Below are positions 1-10,708 of a DNA stretch of 64,000 nucleotides, piece by piece. Positions within the stretch are counted from its first letter, which is position 1. The number at the start of each line of letters is the position of its first letter. The notes beneath the pieces were generated by a model. It was not told the origin of the DNA and searched no databases. It saw only the letters and a program-made list of their open reading frames with translations. The stretch lies in the NCBI GenBank assembly GCA_965218295.1, contig CBDCKN010000003.1:32001-96000 (forward strand). Reading direction: 5' to 3'. This DNA comes from Longimicrobiales bacterium (lineage in GTDB: Bacteria > Gemmatimonadota > Gemmatimonadetes > Longimicrobiales > Gaopeijiaceae). A program made the position numbers and the translations under genes.

Positions 1-820
1 TCCCGCTCTGCGGGTCCATGATATGGGAGTAGCGCACGCTGTCGACCTCGATGAATCGGTAGGCGTCGCCCGACGTGGCCACAGCGCCCAGTGCCAGGTG
101 CCGGATCTCAGAGACGACGCGCCCGTCCTCGACGCCGGGGATCTCGACGCGCCACCCCGTCGTGCCCGGGGGCGCATCGCCCAGCACGACGTCGCCCCCC
201 GCATCCACCAGCGCGTGGTGGACGCCGAAGCTCCGCAGCACGTCGAGGGCAGCATCGGCGGCGTAGCCTTTGCCGATGCCGCCCAGGTCCAGCCGCATCC
301 CGTCCAGCTCCAGCCGGACGCTCCGGGTTGCCGGGTTCAGCAGGAGAAAGCGGTAGCCGACGGACTCACGCGCCCGGTTCAACCGTTCATGCGGTGGGAA
401 AGTGGCCCGCCGGCCCGCCCAGCGCCACAGCCGGGTGAGGGGCCCCACCGTTACATCAAAGGCGCCGTCGGTCCGCGCGGCCCAGTCCTGCGCTGCTGCC
501 AAGACTGTCCACAGATCCTTGCTGACCGAAACCCATTCGCCGGATCCCGCGGTCGCCGAGAGACGCGACACCTCGCTCGAGGGATCGTAATCGCTGAGGC
601 GCCGCTCCAGCGCGTCCACTCGCGCAAAGGCTGCCACCGTGCCCTGTCGGGCGCGCACGCTGTCCATGGCGTAGAGTACGATGCGGAACGGAGTCCCCAT
701 CAGGGCCCGGTCGAAGTGATATCGCTCGAGCTGCTGTGCGCAGAGTGCCGGCGCGAGTGCCGCCCCCGCCCCCACCGCCACCCCCGCCCACAGGGCGCCA
801 ACTCTGATGACGGCCCGCAT
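1..820 (-). CDS. apbE: FAD:protein FMN transferase ApbE (runs off window start; absent from ORF track)
   Basis: Manual minus-strand translation from ATG at 820: signal-like N-terminus, then ALMGTPFRIVLYA, LSDYDPSSEVSRL, GAFDVTVGPL, GMRLDLGGIGKGYAAD, YSHIMDP, which are ApbE motifs. Confidence 0.9.
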   Translation of the reverse strand, partial: MRAVIRVGALWAGVAVGAGAALAPALCAQQLERYHFDRALMGTPFRIVLYAMDSVRARQGTVAAFARVDALERRLSDYDPSSEVSRLSATAGSGEWVSVSKDLWTVLAAAQDWAARTDGAFDVTVGPLTRLWRWAGRRATFPPHERLNRARESVGYRFLLLNPATRSVRLELDGMRLDLGGIGKGYAADAALDVLRSFGVHHALVDAGGDVVLGDAPPGTTGWRVEIPGVEDGRVVSEIRHLALGAVATSGDAYRFIEVDSVRYSHIMDPQSG

Positions 821-829
821 GCGACCGAT

Positions 830-2176
830 CTACAGGGACCGGGTGACTCCCGGCATCGGCACCGGATAATTGCCGTGGTCGTCAGGCAGGACCGGGGGAT
901 CCGCGTCCCACGCGAATCGTTGGGGCATGAGGCTCAGGTCGGAGGCGAGTGCCGCATCCCACTCGACGACGCTCCCCGAGTACGTGGCCATCCGTCCCAT
1001 GATGGCCGTCATCGTCGCCTCGGCCCCCATCGCGGCGTCGGCGAACGTGTAGTCGCCGTTGGCAATCGCCGTAAACAGCGCGTCGAGCTCCACCTGATAG
1101 GGGTCCGGATCGTGCTCGTCGTCGTGCTCGAACAGCGTGTGCCCGGAGCTGGACAGTATCACCCCGGGTCGGGGCGCGGTGCCGTTGGTGCCGTGAAAGC
1201 TCTCGGACACGCGGTTCATGCAGTCCGGCATGTGGCGGCATTGGCTCAGGACCCGGCTGCCGTCCTCGTACTCGAACTCGACGAAGTGGTGATCGTAGAT
1301 CTGTCCGTGATCGGGACCCGTCCGGATCAGACGGCCGCCCTGTCCCTGGGCGCGAACGGGGTGTCCCTGCTTCACCCAGTTGCCCACGTCGATGTTGTGG
1401 ATGTGCTGTTCTACGATGTGGTCGCCGCACAGCCAGGTGAAGTAGTACCAGTTGCGCATCTGGTAGTCCATCTCCGTCTGCCCGGGCTGACGCTCCCTCA
1501 CCCAGACGCCGCCGCTGTTCCAGTAGACGCGTCCCAGAACGATGTCACCGATCATGCCCGCGTGCAGCCGCCCGACCCATTCCCGGTACATGCGCTGATA
1601 GTGCTTCTGCAGGCCCACGACCACGTTGAGCTGCTTTTCCTTCGCGATCTCGGCCGTCTCGAGCACCTTCCGGATACCGGGCGCATCGGTGGCCACCGGC
1701 TTTTCCATGAACACGTGCTTTCCCGCTGCAATCGCCGCCGCGAAGTGGATCGGCCGGAACCCGGGCGGCGTCGTGAGAATCACCACGTCCGCCAGCGGGA
1801 TCACCTCCTTGTAGGCGTCGAACCCCACGAAGCGGTGCTCCCGGGGAACGTCCACCTGCGCCGTGAGGTCTCTATTCCCGCCGGGCCGCTCGGTGCTCGT
1901 GATGGTCTCGAGGCTGCCGTCCAGCCGGTCCTGGAAGGCATCGGCAATGGCCACCAGCTTCACGTTGGGCCGCGCGCTCAGGGCTTGCACGGCGGCGCCG
2001 GTGCCGCGTCCACCGCAACCCACGAGCCCCACCCGGATCGTGTCGTCGAACGGGCGGGAGGGGTAGGTGCGCGGCTGGAGCCCCACCGCGGTGACGCCGA
2101 AGGCGGTGGCTGAGGTCTTTACGAACTCGCGGCGGTCGATCGCGCCCGTGGAATCAGAGTCAGGAATCATGGCCAT
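830..2176 (-). CDS. Tat-exported Gfo/Idh/MocA family oxidoreductase
   Basis: Twin-arginine IDRREFVK, Rossmann motif VGLVGCGGRGTGA, KHVFMEKP; start at MAMIPD (2176 or 2170). Confidence 0.9.
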   Translation of the reverse strand: MAMIPDSDSTGAIDRREFVKTSATAFGVTAVGLQPRTYPSRPFDDTIRVGLVGCGGRGTGAAVQALSARPNVKLVAIADAFQDRLDGSLETITSTERPGGNRDLTAQVDVPREHRFVGFDAYKEVIPLADVVILTTPPGFRPIHFAAAIAAGKHVFMEKPVATDAPGIRKVLETAEIAKEKQLNVVVGLQKHYQRMYREWVGRLHAGMIGDIVLGRVYWNSGGVWVRERQPGQTEMDYQMRNWYYFTWLCGDHIVEQHIHNIDVGNWVKQGHPVRAQGQGGRLIRTGPDHGQIYDHHFVEFEYEDGSRVLSQCRHMPDCMNRVSESFHGTNGTAPRPGVILSSSGHTLFEHDDEHDPDPYQVELDALFTAIANGDYTFADAAMGAEATMTAIMGRMATYSGSVVEWDAALASDLSLMPQRFAWDADPPVLPDDHGNYPVPMPGVTRSL

Positions 2177-2304
2177 AGCCGGAATCCTCGTTCGTTTCGC
2201 GCGGGTGCCTCCCTTGTGCGAGACACCATCCCGCCACGATCTGGGGAGAGGAATGAATGTGCGGTTACATTGTCTACCTGGCCCCGACCGCACAAGCCGA
2301 GGGC

Positions 2305-3326
2305 TCAGGATCCCAGCAGCTCGGCCCAGTACGCCCCGATCTCTTCGATGGTGAACGTCCGTGCAGGGCGCACCAGGCGGAAGCCCACGTGGGGGGAGTC
2401 GGTGTTCCACCAGCGACTCTGGGGCAGCTGGGGATCGCGTCGCTTCCACCTGAGTGTCGATTGCAACCGGTCGGCGCAGCGCAGGGCCCGGGGTTCGTCG
2501 TCGAACGCACCCCCGCGCACCGAGCGGGGATGGGTGTGACTGGGCCGTGCCCAGGGAGAGCGGGCGCCGTCTCCGAGGGTGCCGTAGAACCCGGCGTCGT
2601 ACTGGTCGAGGGTCCACTCGGCCACGTTCCCCAGCATGTCGTGGAGGCCCCAGGGGTTGGGGGCCTTGGCGCCGACCGGGTGGAATACCTCTCCGCTGTT
2701 GGAGGCATACCACCCGTGCGCGTCGAGCGCGCCCGGATCGTCACCGAACGGGTAGGCCGTGCTGGTACCGGCGCGGCAGGCGTACTCCCACTCCGCTTCG
2801 GTGGGTAAACGGTAAAGCCGGCCGGTTTTCTCGGAGAGCCAGCGGGCGTATTGCAGGACGGCCCACTGGGTCATCCCCGCCGCCGGGTGACCATCCCGTC
2901 CCATCCCGTGTGCCGGGTCCTCTTTTACGGGGGACTGGGGCGCGACACCGCGTCCACGTCGAAGCGTACGCCTGCAACCGCGGTGGCCTCGCTGTCGAAA
3001 CGCCGGAATCGGAAGATGGCGAACTCGTCGTGGGTGACCTCGTGCGTGCCGATCCAGAAGGGCTCGAGGGTCACGCGGCGTTGCGGCCCCTCGTCCGGCT
3101 CCCGGCCCGCTTCGTTCTCCGGGCTACCAAGCCGGAAGGTCCCGCCCGGCGCAATGGCCATGGTGAAGGTCACCTCGGTACCGGGAATGGTATCGACGTA
3201 GGTAGCGCCCACCTGCTGCCGTGGGCTTTGGCGCTCGTTGTGGGTCGCGGGCGACCGGGTGGGTGGGCTCGTTGCGGTAAGCCCGGGGAGCAGGCAGAGC
3301 AACAGGACGACGATCAGCCTGGGCAT
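2305..3326 (-). pseudogene. Formylglycine-generating enzyme (FGE/SUMF1)-like protein, disrupted near 2925
   Basis: N-half has GGTFRLGSPENE and FWIGTHEVT; C-half has YRLPTEAEWEYACRAG and NPWGLHDMLGNVAEW; junction reads CCG TAAAA GAG GAC where one Tyr codon would restore the frame. Confidence 0.8.
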
Positions 3327-3441
3327 ACTCGATGAATCCCGCATCCCGTCCCCCCACCATCTGCTATCCACTGAGCGATCGCTATATGACCAGCATGTGA
3401 CCGACCGCTACTTTCATGAACCGTCCATCAATAGTCGCATC

Positions 3442-4017
3442 CTAGGACGCCGGGTATTCCACGGACCCAATAACCGCGTCGCACACGGACAACAACCACA
3501 CCTGGTGCACCATTTCCACGATATTGTAGGCTCTGCTTTCGACCCAGAGATTGAGGTCTCCGAGACTGCGGAGAGGATTGTCATGGGCAAATCCAGAAAG
3601 AGTCACGAGGGGGATCCCCAACTCCCTCGCCGTCCGGCCGGCCCTTAGGATGTTCTCCGATTGACCGCTGGAACTGATCAAGACGACAAGGTCGTTCGAC
3701 TCCCCGTACATTTTCAGACTCCTCGCAACCCACTCCTCATACCCGAAGTCGTTGGCCAGACAACTCACCCATGCAGCGCCCGAAAAACTCACGGCCCGCA
3801 CACCAGCGTTCTTCGTGAAGTCAACTACACAGTGATCCGCGATTGCAGCGCTCCCCCCATTCCCTGCGATGATTACCTTCCCACCACGGTTCTGTACCGA
3901 AAGCATTCGATCTCGGAGATCAAGTAGATCCGCTTGGACTGCGGCACCCCTCAGGGCCGTGCCGAAGAGGTCGAAATAGTCGGAGAACCACTCTCGGTCG
4001 ATCATAGACTCAGTCAT
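3442..4017 (-). CDS. gmhA: SIS-domain phosphoheptose isomerase (GmhA-like)
   Basis: IAGNGGSAAIADH, LANDFGYE, ISSSGQSEN, VEMVHQ motifs. Confidence 0.8.
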   Translation of the reverse strand: MTESMIDREWFSDYFDLFGTALRGAAVQADLLDLRDRMLSVQNRGGKVIIAGNGGSAAIADHCVVDFTKNAGVRAVSFSGAAWVSCLANDFGYEEWVARSLKMYGESNDLVVLISSSGQSENILRAGRTARELGIPLVTLSGFAHDNPLRSLGDLNLWVESRAYNIVEMVHQVWLLSVCDAVIGSVEYPAS

Positions 4018-4170
4018 TCGGGGTCCTCAGAGAAGTCGGTTTGGAGTCGAAGAATTGGTTCACCTCAGACTCCCAGGATTTGTTCGTGTGATAACCCGCG
4101 GCCGTCCACCGGCGCAAGGCACCGAGATTCCGCCCCCATTGTAGACCCCGCGTCGACTCGATCTCACTCT

Positions 4171-4250
4171 CCTAAGTCACCCTGGTGCGTGCCTCGCACG
4201 GTCTAGCACACCTCGACCTTGTCTTCATCGATGCGCAGCTCATCTCCGGC
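4171..4250 (-). pseudogene. Fragment of SnoaL-like ester cyclase
   Basis: Reads ELRIDEDKVEVC*TVRGTHQGDLG, resembling the ester-cyclase segment GDKVxVRWTxRGTHxG with a stop at the Trp position. Confidence 0.45.
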
Positions 4251-4289
4251 TCGATCATGGAAGACCCGCGGGCGTACCCGGGATCCAAA

Positions 4290-4650
4290 TCATGCTCCCA
4301 GCCAATAGGCCACCACCCTCCGCGATGGGACATGGACGTACACCGTCAGATCCCCGCCCGCCACAGCATACATTTGGCCCTCGACGACGTAGGTAAAGGG
4401 GGGAGCGTAGTAGACCGCCCAAAGAGAATCACGCTCGTCGATTCCCTCCCTCATCGAGGAAGTCATGATCGTAGGGCCGCAACTCTCTGAGGACCTCAGG
4501 CCCGGTGGTCTCCGGGTCGAACCCCAGCTCTACGGCTTTCTGGTCGGCAGCCAGGCGGACCTCCGCCTCGCGCGTCGCGTCGATGTCGATCTCCCCACCG
4601 GCAGAGCCGTCGGCCGGCTGGTCGCTTCCTTTCCCAGACTCGGGTCCCAT
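4290..4650 (-). pseudogene. Degraded small hypothetical gene with several frameshifts
   Basis: RBS plus ATG at 4650; protein-like text continues across frames (LWAVYYAPP, QMYAVAGGDLTV, RVVAYWLGA*). Confidence 0.35.
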
Positions 4651-5002
4651 GTCTACCTCCGATCAGGCGCGAAGCCATGAACGATGTCGCACCCTATGGA
4701 CCGTCACTCGCAGGGACAAGCATACACCCTGAGAGCCGGCTTGCCGCTGCCGAGGCACGCACCTAACCTCTGAGAGACAAAAGGTTCAAACCGCACGTTT
4801 GGGATCTGTGGACAGCCACCGAGGACTACGTACGTTCCTTTGTCGAGTATACGTATACCGATGATACCGCCGTGGATGCCTCGTACCGGCCCGCCTGAGT
4901 CTTTCGGCATGTGGGGAATGGCCGTAGATCCATGGGTGAGTGACTCTCGCGCCGAACGCTGTCGGTACTCGCCCCGGACTTCCGCTGCACCAGGAGATTG
5001 AG

Positions 5003-6166
5003 ATGGTCCGCATCGCCTCGGCATTCGCTGCCGCTGGTCTCTTCCTGTCTGTTGCGACCACCGCGCACGGCCAGTCGCCGGTCTACCGGTCCGCCCTCCA
5101 CGACTACCGGCTGGTGACGGTGGCGGATGGACTGGAGCATCCCTGGTCCATGGCGTTCCTTCCGGACGGCGACATGCTGGTGACGGAGCGGCCCGGGCGG
5201 CTCCGCATTATCAGGAACGGGACGCTGCTCTTCGACCCGGTGCCCGGGGTTCCCGAGGTCCTTGCCGAGGGTCAGGGTGGGCTCCTCTCGGTGGTGCCTC
5301 ATCCCGACTTCGCCTCGAACCGACTTCTCTATCTGAGCTTCTCGAAGCCCGTCGGCGATGGCTCCTCCGCGACCACCGCGGTGGTACGCGGTCGCTTCGA
5401 GAATGATCGTCTCACTGACGTCGAGGAGATCTTCGAGGCGGCATCCCGGGGTCGTGGCCACTACGGCTCCCAGCTTGCCTTCGATGCCGACGGCTACCTC
5501 TTCATCACCGTCGGTGATCGCCAAGTGCCGTCGACGGGAGATCTGGAGGCCCATCCCGCCCAGGATCTGTCGAACAACCACGGCACGATCAACCGGCTCC
5601 ACGACGACGGCCGTATTCCCGACGACAATCCCTTCGTCGGCCGCGACGGCGCTCGTCCGGAGATCTGGAGCTACGGGCACCGGAACCCTCAAGGGTTGGC
5701 CATTCACCCTGAGACGGGAGACATCTGGGCCACTGAGCACGGGCCGCAGGGAGGGGACGAGCTCAACCTGATACGCTCGGGCGTGAACTACGGTTGGCCC
5801 GTGGTGGGGTACGGGGTGAACTACCGCAGCGGATCGGTAATCCACGAGGGGACGCACCGGGACGGCATCCAACCGCCGATCCACTTCTGGGTGCCGTCCA
5901 TCGCTACCGCCGGCATGATGATCTATACCGGTGACCGCTTTCCGGCATGGCAGGGAAACATCTTCGTCGGAGGAATGGCCGGCCAGCAGCTCGCGCGCCT
6001 CACCATGGACGGACCGGCCGTCGAGATCGAGGAGACGCTCGTCCATGGGATGGGCCGCATCCGGGACGTCCGCCAGGGACCGGACAGCTACATCTACCTG
6101 GCCATCGACGACCGAGGGGGCGCGCCAACGCCCATCTATCGGATGGAGCCTGCCGGCGCAAGGTGA
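5003..6166 (+). CDS. PQQ-dependent sugar dehydrogenase (glucose/sorbosone dehydrogenase, YliI-like)
   Basis: Signal peptide; GLEHPWSMAFLPDG, GQGGLL, IWSYGHRNPQG, EHGPQGGDELN, NYGWP, GRIRDV. Confidence 0.93.
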   Translation: MVRIASAFAAAGLFLSVATTAHGQSPVYRSALHDYRLVTVADGLEHPWSMAFLPDGDMLVTERPGRLRIIRNGTLLFDPVPGVPEVLAEGQGGLLSVVPHPDFASNRLLYLSFSKPVGDGSSATTAVVRGRFENDRLTDVEEIFEAASRGRGHYGSQLAFDADGYLFITVGDRQVPSTGDLEAHPAQDLSNNHGTINRLHDDGRIPDDNPFVGRDGARPEIWSYGHRNPQGLAIHPETGDIWATEHGPQGGDELNLIRSGVNYGWPVVGYGVNYRSGSVIHEGTHRDGIQPPIHFWVPSIATAGMMIYTGDRFPAWQGNIFVGGMAGQQLARLTMDGPAVEIEETLVHGMGRIRDVRQGPDSYIYLAIDDRGGAPTPIYRMEPAGAR

Positions 6167-6194
6167 TCGCAGGTCGGAACCCCGGCCTTCTTGC

Positions 6195-7100
6195 TCATGG
6201 TGCCTCCAGAACGTCTACAAGCAGGCCGGCCAGCTCCCCTGCGTATCGACCGGTCGGATCCAGATCCGGGTCGAATATGGTGACTTGCAGACCGTGGACC
6301 TCGGGAGCCGCTAGGAGTGTGGACAGCAGTTCATGGAGCTCAGCGAAGCTCAGTCCGTCCGGTTGAGGTGAGTCGACTGCGGGCATGATCGTGCTGTCGA
6401 GGACGTCCACGTCCACGTGGACCCACACACCATCGAGGGGTGCCCGGGCGAAGCGATCGAGCACTACCCTCGCCGACTCGGCCATGCCCTGCGACCGCAG
6501 TCGCTCGAGGGACGCCGAGTACATCGGTCCGCGCGCAAGCTCGAGGTATTCGGATGGGTAGCCGTCGTCCCCGTCGCGATGACCCAGGAGCGCCACATCC
6601 TCGGCACGCACGAGGGAGTCGGTCCCGTGGAGACGAGTGAGCACGTCGGGCCCGTGACCGGTCACTAAGGCGAGGTCCATTCCCGCAGCGCCACCCGTTT
6701 GGGAGGTGTTCGGCGACAGAAGATCCTGGTGACCATCCAGGAAGACGAGCCCATACCGTCCCCGCCGCCTGAGACCCAGCATCGACCCCAGCAGAATGCT
6801 GCAGTCGCCGCCCAGGACGAGTGGTGCATGGCCGGTGTACAGGGCGCCACCGACCGCCTCAGCCAGGTCGTGGGCGTAGGCGGCGACGGCCTCGGCGTTG
6901 AGCATTCCGCTCTCCGGATCTCGGTCGCCGGAGTACGGTGGAGAGGGGACGAGGACCCGATCCCTCACTCGCAGGCCCTCCAGCAGGCCCGCCTCGATCA
7001 ACGCCTCGGGGAGACGTCGCACACCCGGCTCCCGGCCGGGACTAGGCGGTCGAAGGCCCAGATTGGAGGGGGCCTCAACCAAGGATAGTGGTGGCCGCAT
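6195..7100 (-). CDS. Arginase/ureohydrolase family protein
   Basis: LGGDCS, FLDGHQD, WVHVDVDVLD, PDGLS metal-binding motifs. Confidence 0.9.
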   Translation of the reverse strand: MRPPLSLVEAPSNLGLRPPSPGREPGVRRLPEALIEAGLLEGLRVRDRVLVPSPPYSGDRDPESGMLNAEAVAAYAHDLAEAVGGALYTGHAPLVLGGDCSILLGSMLGLRRRGRYGLVFLDGHQDLLSPNTSQTGGAAGMDLALVTGHGPDVLTRLHGTDSLVRAEDVALLGHRDGDDGYPSEYLELARGPMYSASLERLRSQGMAESARVVLDRFARAPLDGVWVHVDVDVLDSTIMPAVDSPQPDGLSFAELHELLSTLLAAPEVHGLQVTIFDPDLDPTGRYAGELAGLLVDVLEAP

Positions 7101-7108
7101 GTGGAATA

Positions 7109-7759
7109 TCACTGCTCCGTGACACAGAGCCGTGCGAAGCCCTCGGGGATCGGCACCTCCAGCCGTTGTTGTGTCCAACTGCTCGGAAGCCGCCGAACCT
7201 CCAGGTGGGGCAGCTCCCGGGATCCCACCTCGAACGCGTGGTTCTTCCCGTATTGATCGTGCAGCTCGAGGCGGAGACGGAGTTCGGTAGGGTCCGGGAT
7301 CGGGCCTCTGTTCTGGAAGTCCAGCCTGAGGGAGATGCCCTGGTTGGGAATGCCGGACGCCTGGGGCGAGAGCATGATGGGGCATACACTGGCGTCCACC
7401 CACTCGTGAACGATCTCGTTGTGGTGACGTGGTTCTCCACTCGACCCGCCGTAGTCTGTGCTGGTTTCCATCCGCTCGTCGAGCCGCGTCCCGTGGACGT
7501 CGCCATCGAGCCAGCCGTTGCCGAGGTTGACCGACGCGTCCAGGCGAACGACGGTGTTCGGCTTGTCGCTCAGATTCGTGACGATGAAGTCGGCATCCGT
7601 GTGGACGTGAAGCGTGTTGAAATCGTCGTCGACCACCAGTCCATCGGGAGCGAAGCGGAAGACCTGGAGCCGCGGCAGCCGCGCCAGCTTAGTGGCGAAG
7701 AACTGGTAGAGCGAGAGGAGGGCACCGCTGACTGCGATGATGAACGTGACGATTTGCAT
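7109..7759 (-). CDS. Hypothetical protein with N-terminal membrane anchor
   Basis: RBS AGGAGG before ATG; hydrophobic N-terminus; stop lies 9 nt before the arginase start. Confidence 0.6.
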   Translation of the reverse strand: MQIVTFIIAVSGALLSLYQFFATKLARLPRLQVFRFAPDGLVVDDDFNTLHVHTDADFIVTNLSDKPNTVVRLDASVNLGNGWLDGDVHGTRLDERMETSTDYGGSSGEPRHHNEIVHEWVDASVCPIMLSPQASGIPNQGISLRLDFQNRGPIPDPTELRLRLELHDQYGKNHAFEVGSRELPHLEVRRLPSSWTQQRLEVPIPEGFARLCVTEQ

Positions 7760-7923
7760 TCGGGACCTCCTAGCCGATGTGCCGCGGAAGCGTACGTCCG
7801 TGGGCGACACAGAGCAAAGCTCGAGCGCGTGCGGGTCGCTCGAGATTCCTTGTCTTCTGGCCCGAGACACCACAGGATCTGATGTCGCAGTCGGACACTA
7901 GCCTCCCCTCATCGAGGTCCTCC

Positions 7924-8893
7924 ATGAAAATCGTCCTGAGGGTCATCGGCGTACTCCTCGTCACTCTGCTTCTGGCAGGGGCCGGCGTCTACGTGTGGGC
8001 ATCCACCACGAGTACCCGACTGCGGTCCCGGACGTTCGAAGCCCATACGGTGGACTTCCCGATGTCCTTCCCGTTGAGTGAGGAGGAGTTGGCTGAGTCA
8101 GGACTCAACGCGGAGGAGGGTGAGCAGCTCGCGATGGAGCGTGCACTCCAGCGGGGCAAGCACCTGGTCGAGGTGCGATACGCGTGTACCGAATGCCACG
8201 GACAAGACTTCGGCGGCGGCGTGATGATAGATGCTCCACTCCTCGGCCGGATCTTGGGCCCGAACCTCACGTCGGGGACGGGGAGCCGAACCGTGGGCTA
8301 CCGACCCGCCGATTGGGACCGGATCGTGCGGCACGGTCTTCTCAGGGACGGGAGGCCCGGAGCGATGCCCTCGGAGGACTTTCAGCTCATGTCGGATCAG
8401 GAGCTGTCCGACATCGTGGTCTATCTGTTGTCGCAACCGCCGGTCGACAACGAGGTCCCGCCTCCCACCTTGGGCCCCTTGGGCAAGGTGCTCATGGCCA
8501 CGGGCCAGCTGCGGCTCTCCGCCGACCTGATCGAGTCCCACGACGCCCCACACGCCGTGAACCCACCTCCTGCTGAGGTCTCGGTGGAGTTCGGTGAGCA
8601 CCTCGCGGGGATCTGCACCGGATGCCACCGTGAGAACCTCGCCGGTGGTCCCATCGCCGCGGGCGATCCGAGCTGGGCACCGGCTCGCAACCTCACGCCC
8701 CACTCCGACGGGTTGGCGGGATGGACCTACGAGCAGTTCATCGCGGCAATGCGTGACGGGATACGGCCGGACGGCACGGAGCTGCTGATGCCGATGAGCC
8801 TGATGCTCCCGTACGCGCAGGAGGACCGACGTGGAGATGGAGGCGCTATGGACCTATCTCCAGTCGGTGCCGGCGGTCGCGAGCCCGGACTAG
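7924..8893 (+). pseudogene. Membrane-anchored di-heme cytochrome c, frameshifted near 8820
   Basis: CTECH and CTGCH heme motifs, NLT motifs; expected C-terminus TDVEMEALWTYLQSVPAV lies in another frame ending TAG at 8893. Confidence 0.8.
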
Positions 8894-8952
8894 CGCTCGG
8901 CGTTCACTGTGCAACCCGCCGGGTTTCAGTGACCCCCGCCGGACGCACACGA

Positions 8953-9571
8953 TCAATCCGACTGGAAGCCCGTAACGATCAGGCGATACGCCTCGTTCTC
9001 CGCATCGTACTCGGCGCGGAATTGAGTCGGATACCGGACTTCCGCAGGAAGGTTCTCGACCGCCGGTACGTCTAGCGAGAAGCCCGCCTCCTGGAGGAGT
9101 AGCTCCCGGGTCAGCATCGGCTCGAAGAAGAGAGCCTCGCCACGGTAATACCCCACCAGCATACTGGCCCGAAGAGTTCAGTCTGCGAAAGCTCTTCCTC
9201 CAGCATCGCGTGCATTCCCATCTGGGGCACGCACAGACCGACGAGCATTCCTATCTCCGGAATTTCGATGTCGGGTAGCGTATACCCGGCCGGAACCCGC
9301 TCGGGCTTGCCCAAATCCGCACTGCCGCCTCCTGTGCGGGTGGCCAAACCATCTCCGCCTCGGCGGGCGCCGCCTCGATCGATGCGAGGGGGACCGTGGC
9401 GCCAAGCTCCACTACCGTCTCTCCCTCCATCACCGCCCACGTACACACCTCCGCACCATACATATCGGCGCACTCGCCGGACGCCAGGCGGGAGTCCGGA
9501 GTACAGGAGGTCAAAAGGACAAGCACCGCAGCAACGAGGGGGGCCGCCGTAGCGACGTGTTTCGCACTCAT
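8953..9571 (-). pseudogene. Secreted/lipoprotein hypothetical (DUF5602/TTHB210-like) in three frames with probable internal deletion
   Basis: Signal LLTSC, then VPQMGMH, then MLVGYYRGEALFFEPM and YPTQFRAEYD in successive frames. Confidence 0.6.
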
Positions 9572-9634
9572 GGATAGCCTCACTTTCCGTTGACGGAATC
9601 GAACAGTTTGAGAGGTTGCCCGCTGGAACGGCCC

Positions 9635-10426
9635 CTACGCTTGTACACCTCCACTCGAGTGCAGCGCGAACGCCGCCCCTTGGGGGTCCATGCACTGCAC
9701 GACCCGATCCCCGCCGGGCACGTCCATGGGTCCGTTGAGCACCTGGCCGCCCAGTGACTTCACGGTCTCGGCGGCAGCCTCGACGTCAGGCACCTTGGCA
9801 TACAGGAGCCAGTGTGGAGGCGCGGGGATCTCGGGAAGCAGGTTGTACATGCCCCCCAACTCATGCTCGCCGCTCCCGTACATCTGGTAGACGCCCATCT
9901 CGCCCATATCCATCGCGGTGGTCTTCTGCCATCCGAATAGGGCCGAGTAGAAGTCGAAGCCGGCCTCATAGTCGGAGGTGGCGAGCTCGTGCCACGAGAA
10001 CTCGCCGACCTGGGGCGGCCCTTCGCGCCCCGGCGAGTCGGCCTCGGCGGTGAAGACCGCGAAGACCGCTCCCTGGGGATCGCGCAGGACGGCCATGCGT
10101 CCCACGTCGGGGACGCTCATGGGCTCCATGAGGACCTGGCCGCCCAGCTCCTTGGCCCGCTCGACGGTGGCGTCCGTGTCGGGGGTCGAGACGTACGCCA
10201 GCCAGTGCGGAGGGGCGCCTGCGGCCCTGGCCTCCTCGGGAAGATCCATGATTCCTCCCACCGGGGCCTCCCCGATGGTGAACATGGTGTAGGGTTGCTC
10301 GCCGGCCTCCCAATCCTGCGTGCCCCACCCGACGACCTCCTTGTAGAACGCGATCGTGGGGCCCTTGTCCACCGTGAGCATCTCGTACCAGACGAAGCGT
10401 CCATGCGGCGACTCTGCCATTGCCAT
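9635..10426 (-). CDS. VOC/glyoxalase family protein (two-domain, Cfp30B-like)
   Basis: Duplicated domains: FVWYEM/FSWHEL, PPHWLxY, DPQGAxFA. Confidence 0.9.
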   Translation of the reverse strand: MAMAESPHGRFVWYEMLTVDKGPTIAFYKEVVGWGTQDWEAGEQPYTMFTIGEAPVGGIMDLPEEARAAGAPPHWLAYVSTPDTDATVERAKELGGQVLMEPMSVPDVGRMAVLRDPQGAVFAVFTAEADSPGREGPPQVGEFSWHELATSDYEAGFDFYSALFGWQKTTAMDMGEMGVYQMYGSGEHELGGMYNLLPEIPAPPHWLLYAKVPDVEAAAETVKSLGGQVLNGPMDVPGGDRVVQCMDPQGAAFALHSSGGVQA

Positions 10427-10708
10427 CCTCCCATCCGAAATAGGAGCCGAGGGTCAGGCCACGCTGACGCGGGCTAACCCGGAAAGGGTGTCAATAATGC
10501 CCTCGTTCGGGTCCCGTGGCCAGCGTCGAAAACTGTTTGCCTCAGGGGCTCGTCGGCTGAGCGGACTCCGCTCGCCCCCCCGTGGCGGCGGGGGTGGCGC
10601 CGGTGGCGGCCCACGGGCATCATGAGTGCCACTTCGCCAGAGTGGACGGCGCGGGCCGATCTCGCGCGGGGCCGATTGTCCCCGATCCATCTCGAACACG
10701 GAGGATCC

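Noticed and set aside
23..2113. 696-aa plus-strand ORF and similar long antisense ORFs (e.g. 4826-6046, 25733-27307, 31685-33523)
   Set aside because: Shadow frames of motif-supported genes on the opposite strand, common in GC-rich DNA
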